A stretch of DNA of 32,000 nucleotides from Halalkalibacterium halodurans (GCF_004376175.1 NZ_SNUY01000035.1:1-32000), one strand, 5' to 3'; shown: positions 8,739 to 19,485, numbered from the stretch's first letter. The notes: generated by a model from the letters alone, not told the origin. Made by a program: numbers and translations.

Positions 8739-9890
8739 TTATGATGTAAAGGCTTGTTGAATATCCATGACTGCTTGTAGTAATTGATCTACTTCCCTTT
8801 CTGTATTAAAAGGACCTACACTTGCCCGAATTAAACCAGTGTCAGTCGTCTGTAACGTCTCGTGAGTCATCGGGGCACAGTGGAGACCTGCACGAACTGC
8901 AATTTGATAGTGCTCGTCCAAAATAAGGGCAACCTCATGGCTATCGACACCGCTCAATCGAAAGGAAACAACCCCTAATCGTTTGCGAGGTAACGGAGGA
9001 CCATACACATCCACCTTTTGAGCACCAAGTCCTTTAAGCAGTCGCTCCGTTAGCGCCCATTCATGAGCAAAGATCTGCGCAACTCCGTTATCAAGAACAT
9101 ACTCAATCCCTGCTTTTAACCCCGCAATTCCTGGGGTGTTTAACGTTCCACTTTCATAGCGATCAGGCCATTGGCTTGGCTGATCAATCAACTCCGAGTA
9201 GCTTCCAGTTCCACCATAGGAGAGCGGTGTGAGCCCATAATCGTCTGCTACGATGAGCACCCCTGTCCCCTGGGGACCAAGTAAGCCTTTATGACCAGCG
9301 CAAGCAAGCATACTAATGCGATCCCGCTTCATATCAATGTCGATGACACCTGCTGTTTGTGAGGCATCAACGATCAATACAATGCCATGAGCTTCGGCCA
9401 TTTCCCCGATCTTCTCCAATTCAAGATACGCACCTGTGACGTTGGAGCCGTGAGAAAGAACGATCGCCTTTGTTTGATCGGTACAGGCTTGGGCAATCTT
9501 TTCCGGGGAAATAATCCCTTCTTCGTCTGGCTGAACGTACGTAATCACTAAGCCCTTTCGCTCACGGAGCTGTTCGAGGGGGCGACGAACAGAGTTATGC
9601 TCTAACGCTGTTGACACAACGTGATCACCCTCCTTAAATGGAAAGCCAAATAACGCTTGATTCAGGGCGCCGGTCGCATTTTGATAAAACCAAACATGTT
9701 TTTTACTTGGGGCATTAAACAATGTTTTAAGCAATTCCCGTGTTTCATCGATCGTTACCCGAGCTTGGGTTGCTAACCTATGACCGCCACGGCCAGGGTT
9801 CGCTCCATATTCGTTGACAGCAGCGACCATCGCTTCCGCCACTTCCTTCGGCTTAGGAAACGACGATGCAGCTTGATCCAAATAAATCAT
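8739..9890 (-). CDS. class-V aminotransferase / cysteine desulfurase-family protein (PLP-dependent)
   Basis: Starts IYLDQAASSFPKP. It has the PLP-lysine context AGHKGLLGPQGTG and a conserved RAGLHCAP with a candidate catalytic Cys. SD GGAGGA lies 7 nt upstream. Confidence 0.85.
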   Translation of the reverse strand: MIYLDQAASSFPKPKEVAEAMVAAVNEYGANPGRGGHRLATQARVTIDETRELLKTLFNAPSKKHVWFYQNATGALNQALFGFPFKEGDHVVSTALEHNSVRRPLEQLRERKGLVITYVQPDEEGIISPEKIAQACTDQTKAIVLSHGSNVTGAYLELEKIGEMAEAHGIVLIVDASQTAGVIDIDMKRDRISMLACAGHKGLLGPQGTGVLIVADDYGLTPLSYGGTGSYSELIDQPSQWPDRYESGTLNTPGIAGLKAGIEYVLDNGVAQIFAHEWALTERLLKGLGAQKVDVYGPPLPRKRLGVVSFRLSGVDSHEVALILDEHYQIAVRAGLHCAPMTHETLQTTDTGLIRASVGPFNTEREVDQLLQAVMDIQQAFTS

Positions 9891-9994
9891 GTGTCGATCC
9901 TCCAGACTAGAACTACACTTAGCTTTGATGCTACGCTCGATCGTTTTTCTTCAACTCTCTATAAGTGGAAAAAGAGACGTTGACCAATCAACGC

Positions 9995-10861
9995 CTACTT
10001 CCCTCCTGTTTGCTGTTCTGGGGAGAGCATCTCCAAAATTCGTTCTAAATCGTCATCTGAGAAAAATTCGATTTCAATTTTCCCCTTTTTCTTACCTTTT
10101 TTGATCGCAACCGACGTGCCGAAATGGCTGCGTAAGAAGTCTTGGCGCTCTTTTAAAAAAGGGGAAAGCTTCGGCTTTGTCTTTTTCGTTCCACGTGAAA
10201 CGCGCTCATTCATTTGTTGGACGAGTGCTTCTACTTGCCGAACGCTTAACTTCTCCTCCAATATTTTGTTCAGCACACTGGAGATCTCATTTTTGTTTAC
10301 TAATCCGAGGAGCGCCCTTCCGTGTCCCATCGATAGCTTTCCTTCTGAAATAAACTCCTGTACGACTTTCGGTAGCTGGAGTAAACGCAAATGATTGGCG
10401 ATATGAGGGCGACTTTTCCCGAGACGCACAGCCAGCTGCTCTTGTGTCATTTGTAAATGAGTCATGAGCTTTTCATAGGCGTTCGCTTCCTCAATGGGGT
10501 TCAAGTCCTCTCGCTGCAAGTTTTCGATCAGCGCCATTTCCATCATTTTTTGATCATCCAATTCCCGGATGACGACAGGGACCTTCACAAGCCCTGCACG
10601 CTCTGCTGCACGAAAGCGACGTTCGCCGACGACGATTTCATAACCTTTCACACTGCTTTTTCGCACAACAATCGGTTGCAAGATGCCGTGCTCCTTAATC
10701 GAATCAGCTAGCTCCTGAAGGGCTTCCTCCGAGAACGTCTTCCTCGGTTGATAAGGATTTGGGCGAAGCTCTAGAAGCTTGACTTCTTCCACATGTTCTG
10801 TCGTTTCATCAACCGCCTCAGGGAAAAATGCATTCAACCCTTTCCCTAAACCTTTACCCAT
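9995..10861 (-). CDS. spo0J: chromosome partitioning protein ParB/Spo0J
   Basis: [13 protein letters not shown]...[10 protein letters not shown]...[10 protein letters not shown]...GERRFRAA are ParB box motifs. The gene overlaps soj by 8 nt. Confidence 0.95.
   Translation of the reverse strand: MGKGLGKGLNAFFPEAVDETTEHVEEVKLLELRPNPYQPRKTFSEEALQELADSIKEHGILQPIVVRKSSVKGYEIVVGERRFRAAERAGLVKVPVVIRELDDQKMMEMALIENLQREDLNPIEEANAYEKLMTHLQMTQEQLAVRLGKSRPHIANHLRLLQLPKVVQEFISEGKLSMGHGRALLGLVNKNEISSVLNKILEEKLSVRQVEALVQQMNERVSRGTKKTKPKLSPFLKERQDFLRSHFGTSVAIKKGKKKGKIEIEFFSDDDLERILEMLSPEQQTGGK
10187..10202. other. parS centromere-like site inside spo0J
   Basis: CGTTCCACGTGAAACG matches the central 14 nt of the Bacillus parS consensus TGTTCCACGTGAAACA exactly. 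A parS inside spo0J is known in B. subtilis. Confidence 0.8.
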
Positions 10862-11615
10862 TAGCCACTACCTCCTTCGCAAGGTCGAGATACACTTCTG
10901 CCCCACGGGACTTTGCGTCATAGCGGATGATTGGTTCGCCATGGCTCGGCGCTTCGCCTAAACGGATATTTCGAGGAATGATCGTGTCAAATACCTTTTC
11001 TCGAAAATATTTTTTCACTTCATCGATGACTTGAATCCCAAGGTTTGTTCTGGCGTCGAGCATTGTCAACAAAACGCCCTCAATAGCAAGATCTGTATTG
11101 AGGTGCTTTTGCACGAGTCTCACCGTGTTTAATAACTGACTTAATCCTTCAAGGGCATAATACTCACACTGGACTGGGATTAAAACGGAATCTGAAGCGG
11201 TAAGGGCATTGATCGTTAATAGCCCAAGAGAAGGGGGACAATCAATAAAAATAAAGTCGTACTTTCGCCCCACTTGATCTAAGGCTCGCTTTAATCGAAC
11301 TTCACGAGAGATGGTTGAGACAAGCTCAATTTCTGCACCTGATAGCTGAATCGTGGAAGGAAGGACATCTAAATTCTCCATATTTGTCGTTCGAATGACG
11401 TCTTGCGTATCTACATCTTCCACGAGCACATCGTAGATGCATTCATCGATGTCTCCTTTTTCAATTCCGACGCCGCTCGTTGCATTGCCTTGTGGATCTA
11501 TATCTACTAATAATACCCGTTGACCAAGGTGGGCTAGACAAGCACTTAAATTGACAGCTGTTGTCGTTTTGCCTACCCCTCCTTTTTGGTTTGCGATTGA
11601 AATAACTTTTGCCAC
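10854..11615 (-). CDS. soj: ParA-family ATPase Soj
   Basis: Contains the deviant Walker [16 protein letters not shown]. It has a GTG start and sits directly upstream of, and overlapping, spo0J. Confidence 0.95.
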   Translation of the reverse strand: MAKVISIANQKGGVGKTTTAVNLSACLAHLGQRVLLVDIDPQGNATSGVGIEKGDIDECIYDVLVEDVDTQDVIRTTNMENLDVLPSTIQLSGAEIELVSTISREVRLKRALDQVGRKYDFIFIDCPPSLGLLTINALTASDSVLIPVQCEYYALEGLSQLLNTVRLVQKHLNTDLAIEGVLLTMLDARTNLGIQVIDEVKKYFREKVFDTIIPRNIRLGEAPSHGEPIIRYDAKSRGAEVYLDLAKEVVANG

Positions 11616-11761
11616 ACTGCCACCAACTTTCCTTCCCTAAACATTAAAACAATTTCGCTCTCTATTTTATCACAACTCGCCATCGTAAAGAGGGGGAAAC
11701 TATTCCTATCTATTGTCGTTCTATGTATATGAAAAAGTAACCTATCGCAGGCACCGATAGA

Positions 11762-12613
11762 TTACTTCTTTTTCGGAATCCGAATCGTAAATTGGTAGAA
11801 ATCCTCATGCTCTTCTTCAGCCGTATCCACCTTTAATCCACTTTTCATGACCATATCGACCGACTGCCTGATCGTGTTCATCGCAATTCGCATATCCTTG
11901 GAGTATGCTTTGCGTGTCGGCTTTTTCTTAGGCTTTGAAGCCGGTGCGTCTTCCAGCAGCTCCTTTACCCGTTCCTCTGTCTGTTTCACGTTTAAATGCT
12001 GCTCGACGATTTCCTCTAACAACTTCGTTTCGAGCGCGTCATCCTTTAACGAGAGAAGGGCGCGCGCATGACGTTCTGAAATTTTTCGTTCCATAATCGC
12101 CTGTTGAACCGGTTCGGAGAGATGGAGAAGTCTCAGTTTGTTTGCAATGGTGGACTGCCCTTTACCAAGTCGCTGTGCTAAGCTTTCCTGCGTTAAACCG
12201 TGCAGTTCAATCAGCTTTTGGTAAGCAACCGCTTCCTCAACTGCCGTTAATCCTTCCCGCTGCAAGTTCTCAATTAAAGCGACTGAAGCCGTTTGCGAAT
12301 CGTTAAACTCTTTAATGATGGCTGGGATCGTTTCCCAACCGAGCAACGTTACCGCACGAAAACGACGCTCACCGGCAATAATTTCGTACTTGCCCTCACG
12401 CTGACGAACGACAATGGGCTGAATGATCCCATGAGTTCGAATCGTCTGCGCTAACTCTTCAATCCGCTCGTCATCAAAAATCGTTCGCGGTTGAAAGCGA
12501 TTCGGGACGATTTCCTTGATCGGCAGCTGGTGTACTTCCTCCTGCTTTCCTGTCTCCATTTCTTGATCCTGTTTATCACCGAAGCCAAAGAGGCGTGAAA
12601 ACGGTTGTTTCAT
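11762..12613 (-). CDS. noc: nucleoid occlusion protein Noc (ParB paralogue)
   Basis: N-terminal [12 protein letters not shown] amphipathic helix as in Noc, plus ParB-like motifs ([24 protein letters not shown]). The start was trimmed to the ATG at 12613. Confidence 0.92.
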   Translation of the reverse strand: MKQPFSRLFGFGDKQDQEMETGKQEEVHQLPIKEIVPNRFQPRTIFDDERIEELAQTIRTHGIIQPIVVRQREGKYEIIAGERRFRAVTLLGWETIPAIIKEFNDSQTASVALIENLQREGLTAVEEAVAYQKLIELHGLTQESLAQRLGKGQSTIANKLRLLHLSEPVQQAIMERKISERHARALLSLKDDALETKLLEEIVEQHLNVKQTEERVKELLEDAPASKPKKKPTRKAYSKDMRIAMNTIRQSVDMVMKSGLKVDTAEEEHEDFYQFTIRIPKKK

Positions 12614-12700
12614 CGCCCTACACCACCTTCTAAACTCCATCTGCGTCTCTTAATGTTGTTCGACATAGATGGAAAAAATCCTTCTTTTTTACCTATGTCC

Positions 12701-12729
12701 TTTATATCTTTCAAACCAATCCCAGTCAA
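12701..12729 (-). promoter_or_regulatory. sigma-A type promoter of noc
   Basis: Minus strand reads TTGACT (12724-12729), a 17-nt spacer, then TATAAA (12701-12706), about 80 nt upstream of the noc ATG. Confidence 0.6.
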
Positions 12730-12806
12730 GAGAAACCTTCTTCTTTTTGCTAGCAACTTTCTTGCTCTACCTGAGTTTTCACTCCGCAACGTTTACGATC
12801 AATATG

Positions 12807-12906
12807 TTATCCACAGCTTCCATCCACAAGTTATCTCCTCAATCACCCGTAGAACTTCTGTCCACATGTGGATGATGATCTGAGACAGCTTTTCAAGTTA
12901 TTCACA
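12807..12906. promoter_or_regulatory. DnaA-box cluster upstream of the noc promoter
   Basis: Five boxes: TTATCCACA perfect (12807-12815); CCATCCACA (12820-12828); CTGTCCACA (12858-12865 region); TCATCCACA on the minus strand (12867-12875); TTATTCACA (12898-12906). Confidence 0.6.
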
Positions 12907-13238
12907 ACTTTTCGTACTCTTTAAAGGCCTGATCAAGAAGAGCTTGGGACATCACAGTAAACAAGAGTGGTACTCTTAGTTTTCAGGTGTTTTTATTAGG
13001 AGGTTGATTGTTTCAAAAACCACTCGCTTGCCGCGGGCAAGGCTTCAGCTAAGGGGGAAGGGGGACGTAGGACAGTCTTTGATTATCTGAAGGCTCATTT
13101 GCGTTTCACTCGACTGTCTGTAAGAGGGCAACGAGACTGTCAGAGAATGAGGGTTTGCCTGCCTTTGTGGCCGTGAACTGACGAAAGGGCACGGTCATAA
13201 ACGCCCATCAAACAACAGACGAGCCCATGAATCAACAG

Positions 13239-13284
13239 AAAAAAGGTTCGGATCATCGAAATAAAAATGTCCGAACCTTTTTAT
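13239..13284 (-). terminator. bidirectional rho-independent terminator downstream of rsmG
   Basis: AAAAGGTTCGGA, a 17-nt loop, then TCCGAACCTTTT. A T-run follows the stem on both strands. Confidence 0.75.
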
Positions 13285-13314
13285 TATGTGTTTAGCTAGT
13301 TTGGTCCAAGCCCT

Positions 13315-14031
13315 TTAAGATAATGGTTGTTTATTCGGCGTTCCTGGTTTACGAGGGTATTTTTTCGGTGTGCTGCGCTCTTTCCTTATGATTATGACAT
13401 GACGTTCACTCTCCTCGATCGGGAGGGTGAACTGTTCATTTTGTATCACGGATCCTCCTAATTTCTTTAGGGCCCCTTGTGCAGCCGTAAGCTCTTCATT
13501 AGCCCCGGCGCCTTTCATCGCAACAAAGGTTCCTTCTACCTTCGCAAGCGGAAGACAAAGCTCACTCAACACAGGCAAGCGAGCAACTGCACGGGCGAGG
13601 ACGAGATCATACTGTTCGCGATGTTCTTTTTTCTGAGCAAAGGTTTCCGCCCGATCATGGTAAAACGCCGTTCCCTTCAGCCCTAACGTCTCACTTAAAT
13701 GCTCGAGAAATCCGATTCGTTTTTTTAATGAATCGACGATCGTTACCCGAAGCTCAGGGAACACAATTTTAAGTGGAATGCTCGGAAATCCTGCCCCAGC
13801 CCCCACATCAACGACAGTAGCCACTTTCGTAAAATCAACGTAAAATGCTGCGGTTAACGAGTCGTAAAAATGCTTTAAATACACACCCTCTTTATCGGTA
13901 ATCGCCGTCAAATTCATTTTTTCGTTCCATTCGACGAGGGTATGGTAATAGTGCTCAAATTGGTCAAGCTGGGCTTGAGAAAGGGAGAATCCTCGCTCCT
14001 CCAGCCGTTGTCGAAACTCTGTTATTTCCAT
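13315..14031 (-). CDS. rsmG: 16S rRNA (guanine527-N7)-methyltransferase RsmG (GidB)
   Basis: SAM-binding motif [17 protein letters not shown], correct size, and a position directly after mnmG. Confidence 0.95.
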   Translation of the reverse strand: MEITEFRQRLEERGFSLSQAQLDQFEHYYHTLVEWNEKMNLTAITDKEGVYLKHFYDSLTAAFYVDFTKVATVVDVGAGAGFPSIPLKIVFPELRVTIVDSLKKRIGFLEHLSETLGLKGTAFYHDRAETFAQKKEHREQYDLVLARAVARLPVLSELCLPLAKVEGTFVAMKGAGANEELTAAQGALKKLGGSVIQNEQFTLPIEESERHVIIIRKERSTPKKYPRKPGTPNKQPLS

Positions 14032-14042
14032 GTCAGCCCCCG

Positions 14043-15941
14043 TTATACTGTTTTTTTCCCGAGCTTGGCGAGACGACCTTGCTCTAAGTATACGAGTAAA
14101 ATTGAAATGTCCGATGGATTGACCCCTGACACACGTGATGCTTGCCCGACAGAGAGAGGGCGAACTTCGCTTAGCTTTTGTTTCGCTTCCGTCGCTAGGC
14201 CATTAATCGCATCGTAATCCAAGTCTTCTGGAATCTTTTTATCGTTCATTTTCTTTGCCCGCTCTACTTGCTGGAGCATTTTCGAAATGTACCCTTCGTA
14301 CTTAATTTGGATCTCCACTTGCTCCGCTACATCGGCGCTCAATTCTTGTTCAGGTGCTGGAATCACCTTTGCTACATGCTCATACGTCACTTCCGGTCGC
14401 TTGAGGAACACATTGGCTTGCACCGCTTCCTTCAATGGCGCTGAGCCCACTTCTTCAAGGAGAGCATTGACTTCTTTTGACGGCTTCACTGTAATCGATT
14501 CTAGGCGTTTCTTTTCCGCAGCAATTTGTGCTTTTTTCTCGCAGAATCGTTCATAGCGCTCCCTTGCAATTAATCCGATCTCATAGCCTTTTTCCGTTAA
14601 CCGTAAATCGGCATTGTCATGACGGAGCAAGAGGCGATATTCAGCCCTTGATGTGAGCAAGCGGTACGGCTCATTCGTCCCTTTTGTGACGAGATCATCA
14701 ATCAATACGCCAATGTAAGCTTCTGAACGGTCTAAAATGAGCCCGTCTTTGCCTTGGACGCGCAGTGCTGCATTAATACCAGCCATAATCCCTTGACCGG
14801 CTGCTTCCTCATAGCCTGACGTTCCATTGATTTGACCTGCAGTAAACAAGCCTGGAACTTTCTTTGTTTCTAATGTTGGCCAGAGCTGAGTTGGCACGAT
14901 CGCATCGTATTCAATCGCATACCCTGGCCGCATCATACGCGCTTTTTCCAAGCCTGGGATCGACTTAAGTACGTCTAGCTGTACGTCCTCCGGCAAGCTC
15001 GTTGACAAGCCTTGGACATACACTTCTGACGTATGACGTCCTTCCGGCTCTAGGAAAATTTGATGGCGTGGCTTATCATTAAAGCGAACGATTTTATCCT
15101 CAATCGACGGGCAATACCGTGGCCCTGTCCCTTCAATCATCCCAGAGTACATCGGTGAACGTCCTAAGTTATCGTTAATGATTTGATGGGTTTTATCGCC
15201 TGTATACGTTAACCAGCATGGAAGTTGATCGGTAATGTATTTCGTCGTCTCGTATGAAAATGCCCGCGGCACCTCATCCCCTGGCTGGATTTCCGTTTTG
15301 TCATAGTCGATTGTTTCACCGTTTACGCGAGGCGGGGTTCCTGTTTTAAAGCGAACCATCTCAAATCCTAACTCTTGTAAGTGGTAGGACAAATTGATGG
15401 AAGGCTGCATGTTGTTCGGCCCACTCTCATAGGCGAGGTCACCGATAATGATTTTCCCGCGCAAATAGGTCCCTGTCGTCACAACGACTGCCTTGGCTCG
15501 GTATTCAGCCCCTGTGTTCGTAATGACACCACGGCATTCCCCATCCTCAATGATGAGGCGCTCCACCATACCTTGACGAAGGAGTAAATTCTCCTCCTCT
15601 TCAATTGTTTTTTTCATCTCATGTTGATATAAAAATTTATCCGCTTGGGCGCGCAATGCTCGCACAGCTGGACCTTTCCCTGTGTTTAACATCCGCATTT
15701 GGATGTGGGTTTTGTCAATGTTGCGCGCCATCTCTCCACCGAGGGCGTCTATTTCCCGAACGACGATCCCTTTCGCCGGTCCCCCAACAGACGGATTACA
15801 CGGCATGAACGCGACGGCATCGAGGTTAAGGGTAAGCATCAGCGTATTCGCTCCCATCCGTGCAGCAGCGAGGCCTGCTTCGACCCCTGCATGCCCTGCA
15901 CCGACGACAATGACGTCAAATTCGCCACCTTGATAAGACAT
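14043..15941 (-). CDS. mnmG: tRNA uridine 5-carboxymethylaminomethyl modification enzyme MnmG (GidA)
   Basis: FAD motif [14 protein letters not shown], 632 aa, highly conserved throughout. Confidence 0.97.
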   Translation of the reverse strand: MSYQGGEFDVIVVGAGHAGVEAGLAAARMGANTLMLTLNLDAVAFMPCNPSVGGPAKGIVVREIDALGGEMARNIDKTHIQMRMLNTGKGPAVRALRAQADKFLYQHEMKKTIEEEENLLLRQGMVERLIIEDGECRGVITNTGAEYRAKAVVVTTGTYLRGKIIIGDLAYESGPNNMQPSINLSYHLQELGFEMVRFKTGTPPRVNGETIDYDKTEIQPGDEVPRAFSYETTKYITDQLPCWLTYTGDKTHQIINDNLGRSPMYSGMIEGTGPRYCPSIEDKIVRFNDKPRHQIFLEPEGRHTSEVYVQGLSTSLPEDVQLDVLKSIPGLEKARMMRPGYAIEYDAIVPTQLWPTLETKKVPGLFTAGQINGTSGYEEAAGQGIMAGINAALRVQGKDGLILDRSEAYIGVLIDDLVTKGTNEPYRLLTSRAEYRLLLRHDNADLRLTEKGYEIGLIARERYERFCEKKAQIAAEKKRLESITVKPSKEVNALLEEVGSAPLKEAVQANVFLKRPEVTYEHVAKVIPAPEQELSADVAEQVEIQIKYEGYISKMLQQVERAKKMNDKKIPEDLDYDAINGLATEAKQKLSEVRPLSVGQASRVSGVNPSDISILLVYLEQGRLAKLGKKTV

Positions 15942-15998
15942 GGACTGTACCTCCTTTTCCTTTTAAACACTTCATTCAAAGCTCTCTAAGAGCACTAT

Positions 15999-17375
15999 TT
16001 ACTTTCCGAGACAAAATTGTGAGAACAACTGGTCGATTAAGCTTTCATGGACGCTGTCTCCGATAATTTCTCCTAGCAGCTCCCATGCACGCGTAATATC
16101 GATTTGGACCATGTCGATTGGCACGTCCATCTCAATCGCCTCTAGCGCATCTTCTACTGCTCGCTTCGCTTGCTCTAGCAATGCAATGTGTCGCGAATTG
16201 GAAACATACGTGACATCACCGCTCTCGATGCCGCTCTCAAAAAAGAGGGACGCGATCGCTGCTTCTAATTCGTCAATTCCTTGATCTTGGACGATCGAGG
16301 TCGTAATGACAGGGCGCCCTGCCGCAAGCTCGCGGACCCTCGTTAAATCAATTTTTTGCTCCACGTCGGTTTTGTTCACGATGACGATCGCTTCCATTCC
16401 AGATATAGCCTCAAATAGAGCTTCATCTTCTTTCGACAACTCTTCGCCGAAATTAAGGACGAGTAAAATTAGTTCCGCTTCCTTCAATACTTCACGTGAA
16501 CGCTCCACACCGATTCGCTCAACGATGTCTTCCGTTTCTCGAATCCCGGCTGTATCCACAAGTCTTAACGGGACGCCGCGCACATTCACGTACTCTTCAA
16601 TGACATCACGAGTCGTCCCTGGTATATCGGTGACGATCGCCTTATTTTCGTGAACTAGGCTATTCAGCAGGGAGGATTTCCCTACATTCGGCCGACCGAT
16701 AATGACTGTTGACAGCCCTTCACGTAATATCTTCCCCTGCTGCGCCGTCATCAACAGCTTGTCAATTTCCTTTCTTACAAACTGAGCCCGGTCTTTTAAC
16801 ATATCTAGCGTCATCGTTTCCGCATCATATTCAGGATAGTCGATGTTTACCTCTACGTGCGCAACGGTTTCTAGTAACGCTTGGCGCAGCGATGAAATTT
16901 TCGTTGATAGTCGTCCCTCGACTTGCTTTAAGGCGACATTCATGGCTCGATCGGTTTTCGCACGAATTAAATCGATAACTCCTTCAGCTTGTGACAAGTC
17001 AATCCGCCCATTTAAAAACGCTCGTTTCGTAAATTCGCCTGGCTCTGCAAGTCGTGCCCCGTGGTTTAACACGAGCTGCAGGACACGGTTTACCGATACG
17101 AGACCACCGTGACAATTGATTTCGATAACATCTTCCCGTGTAAACGTCCTTGGTGCCCTAAGGACAGAGACCATCACTTCATCAATGATTTCGTCCGTTT
17201 TTGGATCGACGATATGCCCATAAACAATCGTATGGGACGGAACTTCCTGAAGCGGTTTTTTCCCTCGGTAAACCCGATCAGCTAATTGTACAGCCTCATC
17301 ACCGCTCAGCCGGACAATTCCAATCGCTCCTTCACCAAGAGCCGTTGAAATGGCAGCGATTGTATCAAATTCCAT
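15999..17375 (-). CDS. mnmE: tRNA modification GTPase MnmE (TrmE/ThdF)
   Basis: Starts [25 protein letters not shown], has the G-domain [12 protein letters not shown]...DTAGIRET, and ends with FCLGK. Confidence 0.97.
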
Positions 17376-17552
17376 TTCGGCTCACCTCTCTTTCTTTACA
17401 GTGTTTACCGATCTATTCGAAAGCATAACGTTATAAGCAAATCATGCTTGATGAAATCATTTTTCCCTAACTAAAAAAGATAACACAAATTGGTGGCCTA
17501 GTCATCCATTCAGCCTTAGAAAACGTAGATTACCACCAAGTTTTCGTCATGT

Positions 17553-17595
17553 AAAAAAACAAGCGGCCTTCTGAAAGTAGAAAGCTGCTTGTTTT
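17553..17595 (-). terminator. terminator downstream of jag
   Basis: Minus strand reads AACAAGCAGC...GCCGCTTGTT, an imperfect hairpin followed by TTTTTTT. Confidence 0.55.
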
Positions 17596-17619
17596 CCGTT
17601 CCATATGAACGTAAGTGTA

Positions 17620-18243
17620 CTACCTTTTTGGTGCAATCACAACGTGACGACCGATGCCTTGTCCTTCTGAATACGTCTCGACATCCCCTAGCTCCTGCAG
17701 AGCCGTATGAATGATTTTTCGCTCGTGGGCACTCATCGGCTCTAACGATACAGGGCGTTTCGTTCGTAACGCTTTACTTGCAAGACGTTCCGCTAATTGA
17801 ACGAGCGCTTCCTTCCGGCGAGCCCGATAATTTTCAGCGTCCAACTGAATCCGAATGAATTCGCCTTCTTCTTTATTGGCGACAAGATTGACTAAATATT
17901 GCAAGGAATCTAACGTCTGTCCGCGCTTTCCAATTAACGTCCCTAAATCTTGCTCACCCGAGATGTTAAAGAGGACGGTAGCCGGGTCTTTCTCTATCGT
18001 TACCTCGACTTCCATATCCATTTCTTGCAGAAGTTCTTCTAAAAAGGCTTTTGCTCGGTCCACGGGATCAGGTTTGACAACGACTTCGATGACTGCTGGC
18101 TTCGATCCTAATATCCCAAACAACCCACTTTTCGGCTCTTCCACGACTGTATACGTGATGCGTTCCCTCGTTGTTCCAAGTTCGATGATCGCCTGTTCAA
18201 CAGCTTCTTCCACCGTTTTACCTGATACTCTCCGTTTCGTCAC
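17620..18243 (-). CDS. jag: RNA-binding protein Jag/KhpB (Jag_N, KH and R3H domains)
   Basis: N-terminal [16 protein letters not shown] and a C-terminal R3H-like [17 protein letters not shown]. The GTG start overlaps the yidC stop by 4 nt. Confidence 0.9.
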   Translation of the reverse strand: MTKRRVSGKTVEEAVEQAIIELGTTRERITYTVVEEPKSGLFGILGSKPAVIEVVVKPDPVDRAKAFLEELLQEMDMEVEVTIEKDPATVLFNISGEQDLGTLIGKRGQTLDSLQYLVNLVANKEEGEFIRIQLDAENYRARRKEALVQLAERLASKALRTKRPVSLEPMSAHERKIIHTALQELGDVETYSEGQGIGRHVVIAPKR

Positions 18244-19013
18244 TTTTTCTTTCCTCCCACCTTTACATCAGCAGCTGCTTTTTTAGCGCCGACGTTTGGT
18301 CCTGTAATGAAATACGTTTGCAAGATCATAAACAAGTTACCAATGACCCAATACAATGCGAGGGATGACGGTAAAAACATCGCAAAGACTAAAATCATGA
18401 CAGGCATAACATATAAAAGCACCTTCATTTGCGGGTTATCTGTAACCATCATCATTTTTTGCTGCAAGAATGTTGTGATTCCGGCAATAATCGGTAATAA
18501 AATCGGATCCGGCTGGTTCAATACAAACCATAAAAAGTGTTCATCTCCAATTTCCCGCGTCCGCATAATCGCATGATAAAAAGCGAGTAAGATCGGCATT
18601 TGGATCAATACAGGAAAACAACCAGCTAACGGATTTACTCCATGCTTCTGGAACAAGGCCATCGTTTCCTGCTGCAATTTTTGCTGGGTTCGCTGATCCT
18701 TCGCACTATATTTTTCACGAAGCGCCTGCATTTCAGGTTGAAGTGCTTGCATCGCTCGTGTACTTTTTAACTGCTTAATCATCAGCGGAAGGATGAGCAA
18801 TCTGATTAAAAGCGTGACAACGATGATCGCAAGGCCAAAGCTGCCATTAAAAGCATTGGCAAAATAAATCATTAACCACGAAAGAGGATAAACAAAATAT
18901 GAGTCCCAAATCCCTTCACTCTGTGCATTAATGGGCTCGTTCACGTTAAAACACCCTGTCATTAGAAGCAGGATGGAAACTAGCATCGCTGCCATTCCAA
19001 ACTTTCTATACAC
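18240..19013 (-). CDS. yidC: membrane protein insertase YidC/SpoIIIJ (lipoprotein type)
   Basis: Lipobox LLLMTGC, and the conserved core [30 protein letters not shown]...[21 protein letters not shown]. The start was trimmed to the GTG at 19013 (SD GGAGG 7 nt upstream). Confidence 0.9.
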   Translation of the reverse strand: MYRKFGMAAMLVSILLLMTGCFNVNEPINAQSEGIWDSYFVYPLSWLMIYFANAFNGSFGLAIIVVTLLIRLLILPLMIKQLKSTRAMQALQPEMQALREKYSAKDQRTQQKLQQETMALFQKHGVNPLAGCFPVLIQMPILLAFYHAIMRTREIGDEHFLWFVLNQPDPILLPIIAGITTFLQQKMMMVTDNPQMKVLLYVMPVMILVFAMFLPSSLALYWVIGNLFMILQTYFITGPNVGAKKAAADVKVGGKKK

Positions 19014-19061
19014 GACGGTTCCTCCTTGTTTCTCTTCCAATTCCTTGTTTGTCAAATCTAT

Positions 19062-19421
19062 TTATTTATGGGCACGTACCTTAGGCTGAATGATTTTTGC
19101 TTTTTTGCATACGTGCCATAAGCTCCCTTTGACTTGCTCATAGGTCATGTCAGCTGCCGGCTTTCGCGCAATAATGACATAGTCACGCTCCCCGGAAATC
19201 GCCTGTTCATGCTCCTGAAAAAACGTGCGGATGAGACGTTTTACACGGTTACGCGTTACGGCATTGCCGATTTTTTTACTGACCGAAAGACCGACACGAA
19301 AAAAGTCTTGTCCTTCTTTCGGCAACACATAGATGACAAATTGGCGATTAGCAACGGAAAATCCTTCATTGAAGACGCGGGAAAATTCATCGCTTCTTTT
19401 AATCCGATGTTCTTTTTTCAA
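19062..19421 (-). CDS. rnpA: ribonuclease P protein component
   Basis: 119-aa basic protein with the RNR motif ([14 protein letters not shown]). It has a TTG start and sits directly downstream of rpmH. Confidence 0.93.
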   Translation of the reverse strand: MKKEHRIKRSDEFSRVFNEGFSVANRQFVIYVLPKEGQDFFRVGLSVSKKIGNAVTRNRVKRLIRTFFQEHEQAISGERDYVIIARKPAADMTYEQVKGSLWHVCKKAKIIQPKVRAHK

Positions 19422-19456
19422 TCCGTTCCACCGTCCTCTTTACCATCTTTTCCCCT

Positions 19457-19485
19457 GAAGAAAAAGACCACTGACATCAGTGGCC
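19457..19485 (-). terminator. terminator-like hairpin between rpmH and rnpA
   Basis: Minus strand reads GGCCACTG-ATGT-CAGTGGTC followed by TTTTTCTTC. Confidence 0.45.

Noticed and set aside
11982-11997. parS-like TGTTTCACGTTTAAAT inside noc. Another loose CACGTGGA match lies at about 19927-19943 in oriC, and a CACGTG-centred match at about 16487-16503 in mnmE.
   Set aside because: Only one half-site matches, with 4-5 mismatches to the 16-bp consensus. These are probably chance matches.
12605-12883. Overlapping 92-aa and 68-aa plus-strand ORFs upstream of noc.
   Set aside because: They run antisense through the noc start, promoter and DnaA boxes. There is no SD and no recognisable family.
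13244-13256. GGTTCGGATC, which superficially resembles a tRNA T-arm (GGTTCGAATCC).
   Set aside because: It is one arm of the 12-bp terminator stem after rsmG. No acceptor, D or anticodon arms can be drawn around it.
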